Of a stretch of 64,000 nucleotides of DNA, positions 50,039-62,646 are shown one piece after another. The position numbers and the translations under genes are program-made. Location: NCBI RefSeq assembly GCF_001447785.1, contig NW_015172017.1, positions 730,748-794,747 of the forward strand. Reading direction: 5' to 3'. The number at the start of each line of letters is the position of its first letter. The stretch's first letter is position 1. The notes beneath the pieces are model-generated. The model did not search any database. It saw only the letters and a program-made list of their open reading frames with translations, and had not been told where the DNA came from. Origin of the DNA: Gekko japonicus. Lineage: Eukaryota.

Positions 50039-51047
50039 AGCCGGCTTTGCGCTCAAAAGCAAGAAACCCAACGGCTCTTTTAAGAGCCACCCACCTTATC
50101 AGTGAAAGAGCTGTTTATTGCACATCCATGCAATGCACAGGGTCTCTTACAGCCAACTCAGTTTTCTAATGTTGGATTTTGAGTATACTTGAAGTACGGG
50201 GGGCAGGGGGAACAATTTTAAGTGTTCTGAGCTAAGGGATACTTCACACTGAGCTCGTGCATGTTAAATTCAAAGAAATGTTATAAACTGCTTTTTAAAA
50301 GCATACTTTTCAAGAATATAACTTCGATGGGTGAAGCAACCCCCCCTTTCCTATGCAACAATTTTAAATGTTTCCAGGGAATCCACTATGGGGCAGTTCC
50401 CAACCACCCCTCCCCAAATGGTGTTCAGAAATAAGCTGTGTCTGATCTAATCACTTTAACTCATTTGCTTTCATGTGGTAGCAAATTTAATTAACTGTGC
50501 TGGGTCCTGCTTTCTTGATGCAATATCTGCTGTCTTGTGCTCCCCCTCTCTTTTCCCTTCATGAACTTTTTTAAAAAAATCTCTCCATAGTACATTTTCC
50601 ACTATGGGTTTCTTCTCATGATCTCTGAAACAGTTCATTAATCCATTCTCCTAATAGTTTGATTTCTGTTGCTTCTGAAATATGTTGAGCTGATGGTCAA
50701 TGTTGTTTACATTTCCCTCTTCTGCAATAGAGCCCGTTCAACCTGTTATTTCTACTCTGCAAAATTAGTTCTCACAACCAAACAAAAAAAATCCAAGGCT
50801 GATTCTTCTAACTATCAAAGGCCTATATTTGTATTTGTTTTTGATCTTTTGGTGGGTTTTGACATTTAGCTCAAGACTGATCCAAGGCCTAACTTATGTG
50901 TGTCATGCAAGTAAATGGACTGAGAGGATCCTAAAGTGGTAGATGTGTGGGAGGTATGTTTATGAATGGTCCCTATATAAATAATTCCCTGCAAGCAGAA
51001 GAAAGCAAGCTCTGGACCGGAATTTTTCCTTTCTGTGCTTCTCCATA

Positions 51048-51288
51048 AGCATATGAAGCAGAGGTCCATCAGTGGCTATTAGCCACAATAGGTAGGAACT
51101 CTCAGTCTGGGGCAAGTGATGCACTGTATTCTTCGTGCTTGGGGGGGGGGCAACAGTGGGAGGGTTTCTAGTGTCCTGGCCCCACTGGTGGACCTCCTGA
51201 TGGCACCCGGTATTTTTGGCCACTGTATGACGGAGTGTTGGACTAGATGGGCCATTGGCCTGTGCCAACATTGGCTTCTCTTATGTTC
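51048..51288 (+). mobile_element. CR1 3' UTR fragment
   Basis: Same UTR as 27790-28020. Confidence 0.8.
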
Positions 51289-51594
51289 TCGTGTGTGTGT
51301 GTATGTGTATACAAACACATATACCTATATCAATCAATAATTTATTATGGACCAGCGGAATAAAACATACATAGCAGAGTGGTTGTAAGGTTATGTATAC
51401 AATTTCCCACTAACAGATATAAAAAAGGAAATGTATGTCACTAAATCAAAACTTCCATGAAGATAATTTCAGAGGGTTCGCCATGTTGGTCCACAGCTAG
51501 ATTTGAGTCCAGCGGCACCCTAGAGACCCTTTCAAAGTTCCCTTGTCAGAGACTCTCAACAGATTGACTATATAGCTTTGGGAACAGTTTTTTA

Positions 51595-52035
51595 AATTTT
51601 ATTTATTTATTATTTCAATTTATATCCCGCCTTGCCGGACAAACTGGCTCAAGGCGGCGTACAGACGTTAAAATGCACTAAAACGATAAGTACAATAAAA
51701 TTCACATGAACATCATAAAATGCTATTAAGAACAATACAGGTGATGGCAGCATTCAGTATACAATCCAATAGTGGAAGGCAGTATCCAACGGTGTATCAT
51801 AAGGTCTGTGGAATGTTGTGGTGGCTCTTAAGCGAAAGCCTGGTGGAAGTGCTCAATTTTACAGGCCCTGCGGAACTGTAAAAGGTCTCCCAGGGCCCTG
51901 ATGTCCTCCGGGAGCTCGTTCAACCAGTGTGGAGCTGCCACTGAAAAGGCCCTGCTCTGGTAATGGCCAACCTGGCGTCTTTTGGGCCAGGGAGGGTCAG
52001 GCAATTTTGCGACCCTGACCTCAGTGCTCTCTGGG
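51595..52035 (-). mobile_element. L2 LINE 3' fragment
   Basis: RAFSVAAPHWLNELPEDIR...FRRACK..F.QAF and terminal hairpin with (TAAA)n. Confidence 0.75.
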
Positions 52036-53257
52036 GCTGGGTTTTTTAAAAAAAACCAAATCATTGTTTATTCCCCACCCCACTCTGGCAATAAGCAAAT
52101 CAAATATGCCTTATAAAGCTATTTGGGTATTGGTGAACTTTTTAAAAAAAAATTAATTTCATATATGAGACAGACAAAGACAAACATCCATAAATACATA
52201 CAGATTGGGGAAAATTCATTTGTATCGTTATTTAACCTAGTCATTGACCTCATACTATGTCCAAAGCATTCATTTCTTTTTTCCACCTTATGATTTTCAT
52301 ATATATCTTATACTACTTATTTCCTTTTATTTTGGTTACAGGTCTGGGAGTTTTATATGTTATGTTCTTCTATCCTTTTATAAAATCTTGTCCGTGTATC
52401 TTCGAAGTCGTCTTTATTATGCCCTCTCAAAATTGTAGTTAAATTTCCATCTCTGCTGTTTCCAGTATTTTCTTTATAACTTCTTCCTTTGAAGGGATCT
52501 CATTTTTTCTCCAATATTTAGCATAGTATTTTGTATAGTAAGATAAAATCTTGTTTTTTATATTTCTCTGGTGTTATATTCAATAAGAAACAGTTCTGGT
52601 ATATACGGTCCAGTCGTTTTTAACACTTTTTGTAACAGTTCATGTAACACTTTTTGTAACAGTTCATGACCAATACTGTTTAACTTTATCACATGTCCAG
52701 GTACTGGTGCATTCTTAGATAATAAACAGCACCAGTAGAAAATCAGCACAGGGTGTGTGCGTTTTTCCCCCTTTTGGTCTTGGATACATGAACAATTCCA
52801 AATCAGGAATAGGGTACTCAGTCAGGTTTCCACTCTTAGGCTCCCACAGCAGATGCTTTGAGATTTGTGCGGCCTTTACAAATTCTGGGATTTTTCATAC
52901 CGTGCCACACAGATGAACTGATGAAGGAAGTGAATATTCTTCCTCAATCAGCCCTTAGGCTCTTAACGCTTGTTGGATTTTTAAACCTACAAAACAAAAT
53001 CACACAATGATCACCTCTGTTTTTCCTGTGCAAGTCATTTTTAGGCTGTAACCTCATTGAGGGAGAATCCTAGACTTGGCCCTGTAACTCAACATGTACC
53101 CCGTGAGTGATAGATGACTGCAGCCAAAGGGAACTGTGACTCTGGAAAGCTTTTTCCTTGAAAACCTTGTTGTGCTGTTCTACTGCAGACCTCTCTTGAA
53201 ACAATTAAACACTACAAGTTGATCAGAAGGCATTTAACTGGTGTGTATGCACCAGAA

Positions 53258-53562
53258 AAGGTCAGTAGTTCAGCAGTTCGAGACCCGGATGCCACATGAC
53301 AGAGTGAGCTCCCATCTGTAATTCCAGCTCCTGCCAACCTAGCAGTTCGAAAGCAAGAAATTTCAAGTACATAAATAGGTACCACTTCGGTGGGAAGGGA
53401 ACAGCGTTCCGTGTGCCTTGGTGTTTAGTCATGCCGGCCACATGACCACGGAAACGTCTTTGGACAGCGCTGGCTCTTCGGCTTTGAAACGGAGATGAGC
53501 ACCGCAACCCTAGAGTCGGATTCGACTGGCTTTCGGGCAAGGGAACTTTTACCTTTATCTTT
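53258..53562 (+). mobile_element. Sauria SINE
   Basis: TSD TATGCACCAGAA. Confidence 0.87.
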
Positions 53563-54498
53563 TATGCACCAGAAGTGGTACAAGAACTGGAAGGATCACA
53601 CTGCAAGTGAAAGACTTCCTCCCGATTTCCCATGCATGAAACTTCCCCTGAATGTAGAAAAATAAGACACCGGGAGTAAAAATGACATATACTACTATAG
53701 GATAGGTCCTCCCTGTCTGACCTCATATGAAAAGTTCCCCTTATCCCACCAACATTATCTGCTCTCTGTCTCACAACCATTCTCTGCACATGGTGGCCTT
53801 TATGTTGTGGAACTCTCTTGCTTTGACTTTCAGGGGGACACTCAGTCTTTTTAGACAGCTCTCGCTCTCTGTGTATTTTTGGGTGAGTATAAGGGTTAGA
53901 GTTGCTGGAATTACTTTTTGACCTTTGCTGTCAACTGTTTTGAATCCCCTTTGAGAAAAGTGTATTCTGACCATTTTTTAAATAATTTGCTACGAACCCA
54001 AACCCATTTCTTGTCTGGAGTCGTTTTCTATTTTAAGTGGGTTCAAATTAATAATAAAGGCCATAGTCGACCCTGCTTAGTTTCCGATTACTGACAAGCT
54101 TGGGCTACTCTGAGCTCTTCAGGCTGCGGATTTCTATTTTAAGGAAGTTTTTAAAACTCTTGAAGAGATGTCAACCTGTTCTGAAACCCATCGAACCAGG
54201 TCACCCCCCATCTCATCCTGTAGCGTGAAGAAAACAAACCAGAGGAAGAAAAAACCGGAAACCTTCCCCCCCCCCACGTGAACTACCGCGAGAGCGAGCT
54301 TCTAGCTATTTGAAAGGAAAGGGAAGTTTTTTGGAAATCTGTCCAATCCCGTACGTCCATGCGGGAAATTTGAATTCGGCAACGGTTCGTCCAATCAGCG
54401 GGGAGGAGACTGGCTATAAAAACTCAGTCGCGGAGGCGCACGTCGTTCAGTCTTCTGTTTGTAAAGGTGGTCGGGCGCTGCTGTTCGCATAGAAGGAA

Positions 54499-54909
54499 AT
54501 GGCCCGCACGAAGCAGACGGCGCGCAAGTCGACGGGCNNNNNNNNNNNNNNNNNNNNNNNNNNNNNNNNNNNNNNNNNNNNNNNNNNNNNNNNNNNNNNN
54601 NNNNNNNNNNNNNNNNNNNNNNNNNNNNNNNNNNNNNNNNNNNNNNNNNNNNNNNNNNNNNNNNNNNNNNNNNNNNNNNNNNNNNNNNNNNNNNNNNNNN
54701 NNNNNNNNNNNNNNNNNNNNNNNNNNNNNNNNNNNNNNNNNNNNNNNNNNNNNNNNNNNNNNNNNNNNNNNNNNNNNNNNNNNNNNNNNNNNNNNNNNNN
54801 NNNNNNNNNNNNNNNNNNNNNNNNNNNNNNNNNNNNNNNNNNNNNNNNNNNNNNNNNNNNNNNNNNNNNNNNNNNNNNNNNNNNNNNNNNCCGCGGGGAG
54901 AGGGCCTGA
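54499..54909 (+). CDS. H3: Replication-dependent histone H3, second copy (interior N-masked)
   Basis: Same termini and length as the first H3; CCAAT, TATAAA upstream; stem-loop 54972-54987. Confidence 0.9.
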   Translation: MARTKQTARKSTGXXXXXXXXXXXXXXXXXXXXXXXXXXXXXXXXXXXXXXXXXXXXXXXXXXXXXXXXXXXXXXXXXXXXXXXXXXXXXXXXXXXXXXXXXXXXXXXXXXXXXXXXXXXXXXXXXXXXXXRGERA

Positions 54910-55265
54910 GGCCGCGGGGGACGCCGCTGCTGCCCGACCGCCCCCCGGAGGAGACTGCGAAACACACCAAAGGCTCTTTTCAGAGCCACCCACTTCCTCA
55001 GAGGAAAGAGCTGCAATTATGCCATTTGGCCTAGACGGGAATAAAAGCGTTCCGTTTTCATGTTATTTCATAATTTTTAAGTCAGTCCGGTAAATTTTAG
55101 GTGAAAGGTAGGGATTAATTTGTTAGAAAATCTGTAAGGAAAACTTTACAGCTGGTTTGAAAACTTTGTATCCTTTGCTAAAGCGATTGGAGGGGGAGGG
55201 ACCTTTGGCTATAGGGCGGTCGAAGCGAGGTTTTGAGCCCCGATAGGACACATTCGACACCAAAA

Positions 55266-55308
55266 GGCTCTTTTCAGAGCCACCCACTTCCTCAAAGGAA
55301 AGCGTCTG
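55266..55308 (+). terminator. Orphan second histone stem-loop with degenerate HDE
   Basis: CCAAAAGGCTCTTTTCAGAGCCACCCACTTCCTCAAAGGAAAGCGTCTG, no histone ORF immediately upstream. Confidence 0.85.
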
Positions 55309-55856
55309 AATGCTTAGAGATACGCTAAATTCGGAAGGTAGTGGCAAGTTTCAGCCTCAGGGAAGCCCTTTGCAAGTTGGATTCGAGTCCAGCAGCACCA
55401 TAAAAGACAAGATTTTCGAAGTGTGAGCTTTGCAGATTCAATGGTAGGTGCTGCCGGACTCAAATCTGGCTTTTCTGCTGCAGACTAACATGGCGATCGC
55501 GTCTTTCCGAAACTCGTTTCTTTGGATCTCATTCTCCACTTCCGTAGTGTTATCTCGATAGGATGAAGCATGTACAAATGAATGTAAAAATTCAGATCTG
55601 AAGAGGGGTATAATTAAACTTTTTGGAGACGTGGAGGGCTACTTAATTACAAATTTGGGGGGAAACCCATTTTTAAAGGAGATAGGTGAGTAAAAGACCA
55701 ACATTATTTCCAGTGTTAAAAACTCGAGGCTCAAAACTTTGTTAGCCAGACAATTGGGAAGTTCGATTAATTTTGATTTTATATGTTGGGAATTTAAAAT
55801 CAGGCACGTTAGTACCTCTGTGTTTGAAATGATTTACTAGGAAACCTCCAATAGAA

Positions 55857-55929
55857 GCCCGGGTAGCTCAGTCGGTAGAGCATCAGACTTTTAATCTGAG
55901 GGTCCAGGGTTCAAGTCCCTGCTCGGGCG
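55857..55929 (+). tRNA. tRNA-Lys(TTT)
   Basis: GCCCGGGTAGCTCAGTCGGTAGAGCATCAGACTTTTAATCTGAGG...CTCGGGCG. Confidence 0.94.
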
Positions 55930-56390
55930 TTAGTCTATTTTTCTTACTTAAAACATTTGTGGCTACAATAACCACGTTACTATACCTATCGTCAGAATTC
56001 CCCAACCATCCTGTGATGTGAATCAGTTTCCTATAAGCATCTGTTCCTTATCTATTAAGTGTTATGTAATATTACTCTTGCTTTGTGTGGCGCAGGAAAA
56101 AGGACACTGTTCTCCCCCTCTTCTTTTTTTTAAACGTCAGGCTTCCGTTATGCATATTTCGGGCTTTGCCTGGGAGAGCAAACCACCTTATAATTTTCTC
56201 CTAGGAAAGTGTGGGTGGAATGTGGCAACATTTGCCGGTTCATTTAAAGAGGAAGCTGTCCCTTTAATTCCCCGCCCCGCACCCCAGTGTTGAATCTGTT
56301 AAATTTTAAAATAATCTGTTTAGGTTTGGAGAGGTTGTAACTATAAATACTAGCTAAAGATATTAACATGGTGATTTAAAAAGACTGAAA

Positions 56391-56472
56391 CGACGAAGGT
56401 GGGATTCGAACCCACGCGTGCAGAGCACAATGGATTAGCAGTCCATCGCCTTAACCACTCGGCCACCTCGTC
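56391..56472 (-). tRNA. tRNA-Ser(GCT)
   Basis: Reverse complement GACGAGGTGGCCGAGTGGTTAAGGCGATGGACTGCTAATCCAT...TCGTCG. Confidence 0.95.
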
Positions 56473-57085
56473 TACCTTAAAAAAATCTTCTATAGCGTTT
56501 TCCAATGCTGGAAAGCTCGAAGCTTTTTAAATTTGTGTTGATACTAGAGAAGAATGTTTCAGTCCTGTACTGCATAAATAAAACATCTCTGCCTGAGACC
56601 TTGGAGAACCGCTGCCAGTCTGAGTAGACAATACTGACTTGGATGGACCAAGGGTCTGATCCCGTATAAGGCAGCTTCATGTGTTCATGTGTCATTATGC
56701 ATACTATAAGCAATGCAACAAAACTGGATTATAAAATTAGAGAAACAGTGTAGTGTATCCAACAAACCAAACACTGAAACCTACCTAAAATTTCATAGAA
56801 TTAACTACGATCCTATTGGTTTTATAAAAAGGACATCCCAAAGGGAGCATTGAGACAGAGTGATGGTGTTATTGTTGGAGCTTTCCTGACTGCACCAGGC
56901 AGGCTATTCCACCAGTGTGACGTCCCCCTTTGGCTGTGGGTTCCTAGGATAGAGTACTCTCTCAGGCAACAGTTCTCAGGTCCATTCAGCAGAGACAACT
57001 GGCTCAAAACATCAACCGAGGTCCAACAACCAACAAACAACTACAGCCAACATACAAAACTGGAAACTGAAACAAGAGGACCAAT

Positions 57086-58057
57086 TGTTGTTCAGTCGCA
57101 CAGTCGAGTCCGACTCTTCGCGACCCCATGGACAATCTCCCGCCAGGCTCTCCTGTCTTCCGCCGTCCTCCGAAGTTGGCTCAATTTCATGTTCGTTGCA
57201 TCGCTGACACTGTCTAACCATCTCATCCTTTGCCGTCCCCGTCTTCTTTGACCTTCAATCTTTCCCAGCATCAGGGTCTTTTCCAGTGAGTGCTCCCTTC
57301 TCATTTGGTGGCCAAAGTATTTGAGCTTCAGTTTCATTATCTGGCCTTCCAGGGAACAGTCAGGGTTGATTTCTTTGAGGATTGACTGATTTGTTCTTCT
57401 TGCAGTCCAAGGGACTCTCAAGAGTCTTCTCCAGCACCATAGTTCAAAAGAATCTATTCTTCGGCGCTCGGCCTTCCTTATAGTCCAACTCTCACAGCCA
57501 TACATGACTACTGGGAATACCATTGCTTTGACCATGCGGACTTTTGTTGGCAGGGTGATGTCTCTACTTTTTATCATGCTGTTTAGGTTCGCCATCGCTT
57601 TCCTCCCAAGGAGCAGGCGTCTTTTAATTTCATGGCTGCAGTCACAGTCTGTGGTGATCTGGGATCCCAGGAACGTGAAGTCTGTCACTACTTCCACGAC
57701 TTCCCCTTCTATTTGCCAAGGAGTGATGGGGCCGGATGCCATGATCTTAGTTTTTTTGATGTTGAGCTTCAAGCCCACTTTTGCGCTCTCCTCTTTTACT
57801 CTGAGCAAGAGGCTCTTTAGATCCTCTTCACTTTCAGCCATTAGAGTGGTATCATCTGCATATCTGAGGTTGTTGATCTTTTCCCCAGCAATCTTAATTC
57901 CCGCTTGTGATTCATCCAGGCCAGCATTTCGCATGATGTACTCTGCATATATATTAAATAAGCAAGGCGACAATATACATCCTTGTCGTACTCCTTTTCC
58001 TATGCTGAACCAATCAGTTGTTCCATATCCGGTTCTAACTGTCGCTTCTTGGCCAAG
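57086..58057 (-). mobile_element. Young 5'-truncated BovB/RTE LINE
   Basis: Uninterrupted 293-aa RT ORF with RYADD; 12-bp TSD AAGAGGACCAAT. Confidence 0.95.
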
Positions 58058-58470
58058 AAGAGGACCAATAGGACCAAACTAAATCACACAGATGGGGGGG
58101 AGCAGGCTGTTTCATCACATATATGTAATAAATATACCACTTCCGGGGGGGAGCCAGAGCTGAGGAGACACCAGGACTGACAACTGTCAATCTTAGCCAT
58201 TTGGATGGCACTTTCAGAAGTTGTCACAAGGGAGCATATCAGGAAGGGAGGTCTTTTACCTATGTAGGTCCTGGATCATAATGACTTTGTAGGTGATGAC
58301 CAGTTCCTTGCACTGAACTGAAAACTAACTGATGACAAATGAAGCGACAGCAGAAGAGGAGTAATATGCATCCTCTGCCTAGCTCGTGATAGTAATTAAA
58401 CTGCTTAACAGTAATTTTATATGATTGTGAAAATATGTAATTTTATAGTTATTGATCCTTTTAAAACTGT

Positions 58471-59090
58471 TGTAATACATCTTCCTTAGTATTCTGTTTG
58501 TTAATGCAGCCAGCAGTTCAGCCTGGCCCAGAAACAGGCAACACCATTAGAAGGTTGGGGAGAGGCCTGTATAGACTTTGCTGTGTTAAGGCCTGCGTTG
58601 AATTATTGCAGGTAAATCCTGGAGTCAACTGAGAAGAGCTGCAGCCTCCCAAGTACAGCCTGGAAACCTCATACACTGTTCCAGTATCTGTGAGCTTACA
58701 ACATATGGACCTACAATATATGTATTATCTATGTGCTTAGTATTTTTTCTGTTCTGTGCATCCTTGTGGATGCTGAAGATATCTGTACTCAGTAATATCC
58801 TGAAGATTCATTGCTATGAAGTAATAGCAACCAACCAAAAGTGAATGAGGGTTTATATGAAAACCTCCATGCTTTGTTTATATAAAGAGTTTATTTTAAA
58901 TGTTAAAGTGCATTGGTTGTATTGCCTCTCTTATGTCTGTGTTTGAGTACATGTGTAGTTACAGCAGTTGCATATTCTTAGTAACCATAGGTGGGAGTTC
59001 CGCTGTCAAACCCGACTGAACCTGCCCACTCTCCCTGCAGATATTAGGACCTTAGTGAGTTACAAAAATAATTGGAGCCTGAACAGGGAC
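58471..59090 (+). mobile_element. Endogenous retrovirus 5' LTR plus tRNA-Lys(TTT) primer-binding site
   Basis: TGTAA...TTACA termini (58471-59064); TGGAGCCTGAACAGGGAC at 59073-59090 matches PBS-Lys3 at 16/18. Confidence 0.6.
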
Positions 59091-59159
59091 AGCGCCACCA
59101 TATGGTTATATTGGTAACTGCTAGACTAACTTTTGGGGACGTACTAAAACTAAGGACAG

Positions 59160-60785
59160 CGATTGCCCATAGGGAATACATGAGTGCCCATAGAGAATAA
59201 TGGAGAGTAGGCTTGCCCATAGGGGATAGTGCAGTACATAATTACCAATAGAGAATCCATTATTGCCAATAGAGAATCCATGACTGCCCATAGGGAATAA
59301 TGGAGAGGACGCTTGCCCATAGGGAATAATGGAGTACAAAACGGCCAATAGAGAATCCATGATTGCGCATAGGGACATAATTGCCAATAGAGAATCCATG
59401 ATTGCCCATAGGGAATAATGGAGAGCAGAGCACACCTGACCATAGGGTATTAGAGTCCACGCTTCCCACAATGAATAAGGGAGACCACATGTGGATGTGG
59501 GGAATAAGGGAAACCATGCTTGGCCGGAGGGAAGAAGGGAGACCACATGTGCCCATAGGCCAGTTTGAGAGCCGGTTTGGTGTCGTGGTTAAGTGCACGG
59601 ACTCTAATCTGTGAGAACCGGGTTTGATTCCCCACTCTCTCCACTTGCGCCTGGCTGGATGACCTTGGGCAAGCCGTAGTTCTGTCAGAGCTGTCCTTGA
59701 AAAAGAGCAGTTTCTCTCAAGAGCTCTCTCAGCCCCGCCTACCTCACAGGGTGTCTGTCGTGGGGAGGGGAAGGGAAAGGAGTTTGTGAGCTGCTCTGTG
59801 AAGGGCGGGGTATAAATCCAAACTCTTCTTCTTCATCATAGGGAATAAAGGAGACCACGCTTGCCCACAGAGGATATTGGAGTTCATGCTTGCCCAAAGG
59901 GAATAATACAGACCACACTTCCCCATAGGGAAAACGGAGTCCACGCTTGCCATAGGGATTAAGAGAGAACACGCTTGCCCATAGGAAACACTGGAGAGCA
60001 TCCTTGCCCATAGGTAATAATAGAGACAATGGTAGCCCTTGGAGGATAATGGTGTCCTCGCTTGTCCACAGAGGATAATGGAGACTACGCTTGCCCATAG
60101 AGAGTAATGGAGACTACGCTAGCCCATAGGGAATAATGGAGACCACGTTTGCTCTTAGAGAACAATGGAGACTATGCTTGCCCATAGAGAAAAATGGAGA
60201 CTACGTTTCCCCGTAGGGAATAATGGAGACCATGCTTGACCACAGAGAATAATGGCGAGCACGCTTGCCCATAGGGAATAATAAAGAGCACGCTTGCCGG
60301 TAGAGAATAATGGAAAGCACGCTTGCCCATAGAGAAAAATGGAGACTACGCTAGCCCATAGGGAATAATGGAGACTATGGTTGCCCATAGAGAATAATGG
60401 AGACTACGCTAGCCCATAGGGAATAATGGAGACTATGGTTGCACATAGGGAATAATGGAGACCACGTTTGCTCTTAGAGAACAATGGAGACTATGCTTGC
60501 CCATAGAGAAAAATGGAGACTACGTTTCCCCGTAGGGAATAATGGAGACCACGCTTGACCACAGAGAATAATGGCGAGCACGCTTGCCCATAGGGAATAA
60601 TAAAGAGCACGCTTGCCGGTAGAGAATAATGGAAAGCACGCTTGCCCATAGGAGATAATGGAGACTACGCTTGCCCATAGGGAATAATGGAAAGCATTCT
60701 TGGCCATAAAGAATAATGGAAACCACGCTTGCCCATAGGGAATAATGAAACCACGCTTGCCCATAGAGGATAATGGAGACTACGC
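59160..60785. repeat. About 29-bp minisatellite (GCTTGCCCATAGGGAATAATGGAGACCAC), interrupted by a Squam3-like SINE at 59568-59835
   Basis: Dozens of diverged units visible directly. Confidence 0.9.
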
Positions 60786-61855
60786 TGAATCCCCTCCTGC
60801 TCAGAGCTCAGCTGGGTCTCTTCCTTAAGGTAAACTACTCCCACTTCACATCATTAAGGTAAACAATTCCCACAAACTTTCCTGCTGTTGAATACATTAT
60901 GCAACATAACATCCTGTTTGCTAACAAACAACATTTAACTCTATAGTGACTGAAATGTAAGCAACTTGCAATCCTAACAGTGTGAAACAAAGACCAAGAT
61001 TAAATTGTTCTTAAAGAAGTAATGTCCTCTTGATCCTTTTTCAGAGCAGCATTTAGATATACTTTGTGAGCCTTCTATCTGTAATATCTCTGTGTTTTAT
61101 GTAACTTTATAGGACCAAAAACTCATAATAAATTACCAATCAGTCAATTGTCTGCATTGTTTCTGCTGCCAAGCGTATGAGCACCTGGGATGCCTATTGT
61201 GGAGTGCTGGGTTGCTCACCCTCCACTTTTCTGTCCTGGCCTTTAAGAACCATCTGGCACTATCCACAAGCCTCTGCAATCTCACAGACATCGACAGGTA
61301 TAATAGAGGTCTGTGATGTAAATTCAACAAAGTGGTAATTTCTTGCAGTGCTCTAAGTAGAAATGCTACTTTTTCATATAGGTGTATTTTACAAACTCGT
61401 GCCTGTCTCCACCTCCATGCTTGTTTCTCCTTGACATCTATCCCCTGCCGAAAAGCAAACAAAATCCAATCACTAAAAATAAGTCTCTAGCCCTCATAGT
61501 AAAATTGAACCCCTAGAGATAACAGGCCATCTACCTCTGAATTCTGGCTCCTGGGGCCAAACAAGAGGAAAGGGCCGTTGCCTTCACATCCTCTTTGTGG
61601 ACTTTCCAGAAGCATCTGACTAACCACAGTTCAAAACGAGATGCTGGACTAGCTCAACCTTTGTTCAGATCCAGCGAGACCATTCTCATGTCTTTGTTTA
61701 AGGTTCATTGCCAAAGCACACACTGATTGCCTAAATTAGGCGGAGTTATAGGGGATTAACTAAATTCATGGAGAAGAGGTCTGTCAATGGCCATTAGCCA
61801 TGATCGCTAAATGGAGCTTCCATGTCTTGACGCAGGATACCACCAAATGCCAAGA

Positions 61856-62283
61856 TGTTGGATATGTCAAGTTTAAAACACTTCAGTATTTACAGGGTTA
61901 ATGTTGTTTGTAATGGTCAACAGGAAGTCACATGTTTGCTTGTAACCAATCTGTTTTCACAATGGAATGCCCGGGAATTTTTAAAGAACCTTAGGTATCT
62001 GATTGGAAAACAATGTATCAGGTATTTAGCATATTGGATTCTCCTTCCTGCCCTTTGTTCTTGCTGAAGAAGGAGACGCCATTCCTTTTTTATCTCTTTG
62101 GCTGTAAGGATGTAGCACCGAGCTCTTGTTGTTATTTTATATCCTGTGCACCTTTTCCCCATGTTAGGTTTATAGTAAATTTTATATTTTTCATACACAT
62201 GGACTCAGTCTCTCAATCTTTACTCTGCTTACGCCTAATGATTTTTACTCTGCTTAAATATTTTTACCAAAAGAATCCCAACA
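61856..62283 (+). mobile_element. Solo LTR, family A
   Basis: TGTTGG...CCCAACA, TSD CAAGA/CAAGG. Confidence 0.8.
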
Positions 62284-62646
62284 CAAGGTGCTTCAGACAA
62301 ACAGCTGGGGAGAGATTCTGCCTCACTTACGGGTTTCACAGGAGCACCCTGCTTGCCATTTTTGGGAACATCAGGCTGGATCAGATGGGCCTTCTAGCTC
62401 TGAGCTTGCCGCTGGGAGACGAGGCGCGTATTTGGCGCTCAGGAACCCAGGGACACTGGGGGGGGGGGAGCNNNNNNNNNNNNNNNNNNNNNNNNNNNNN
62501 NNNNNNNNNNNNNNNNNNNNNNNNNGGGCGGCGCGCCGCGCGCCATCTGACATATCTTTTTAAAGAGCACCTCCCCAGCCCTGCTCTTTAAAGAGGCACG
62601 AGGAGCGTATTTGGCGCTCAGGAACTCAGGGACCCAGCAGTTAAAA

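Noticed and set aside
52621-52668. 24-bp tandem duplication (HELLQKVL x2)
   Set aside because: Simple slippage inside a decayed L1-like fragment.
59121-60764. Repetitive ORFs or CRISPR-like array
   Set aside because: Head-to-tail minisatellite without unique spacers in vertebrate DNA.
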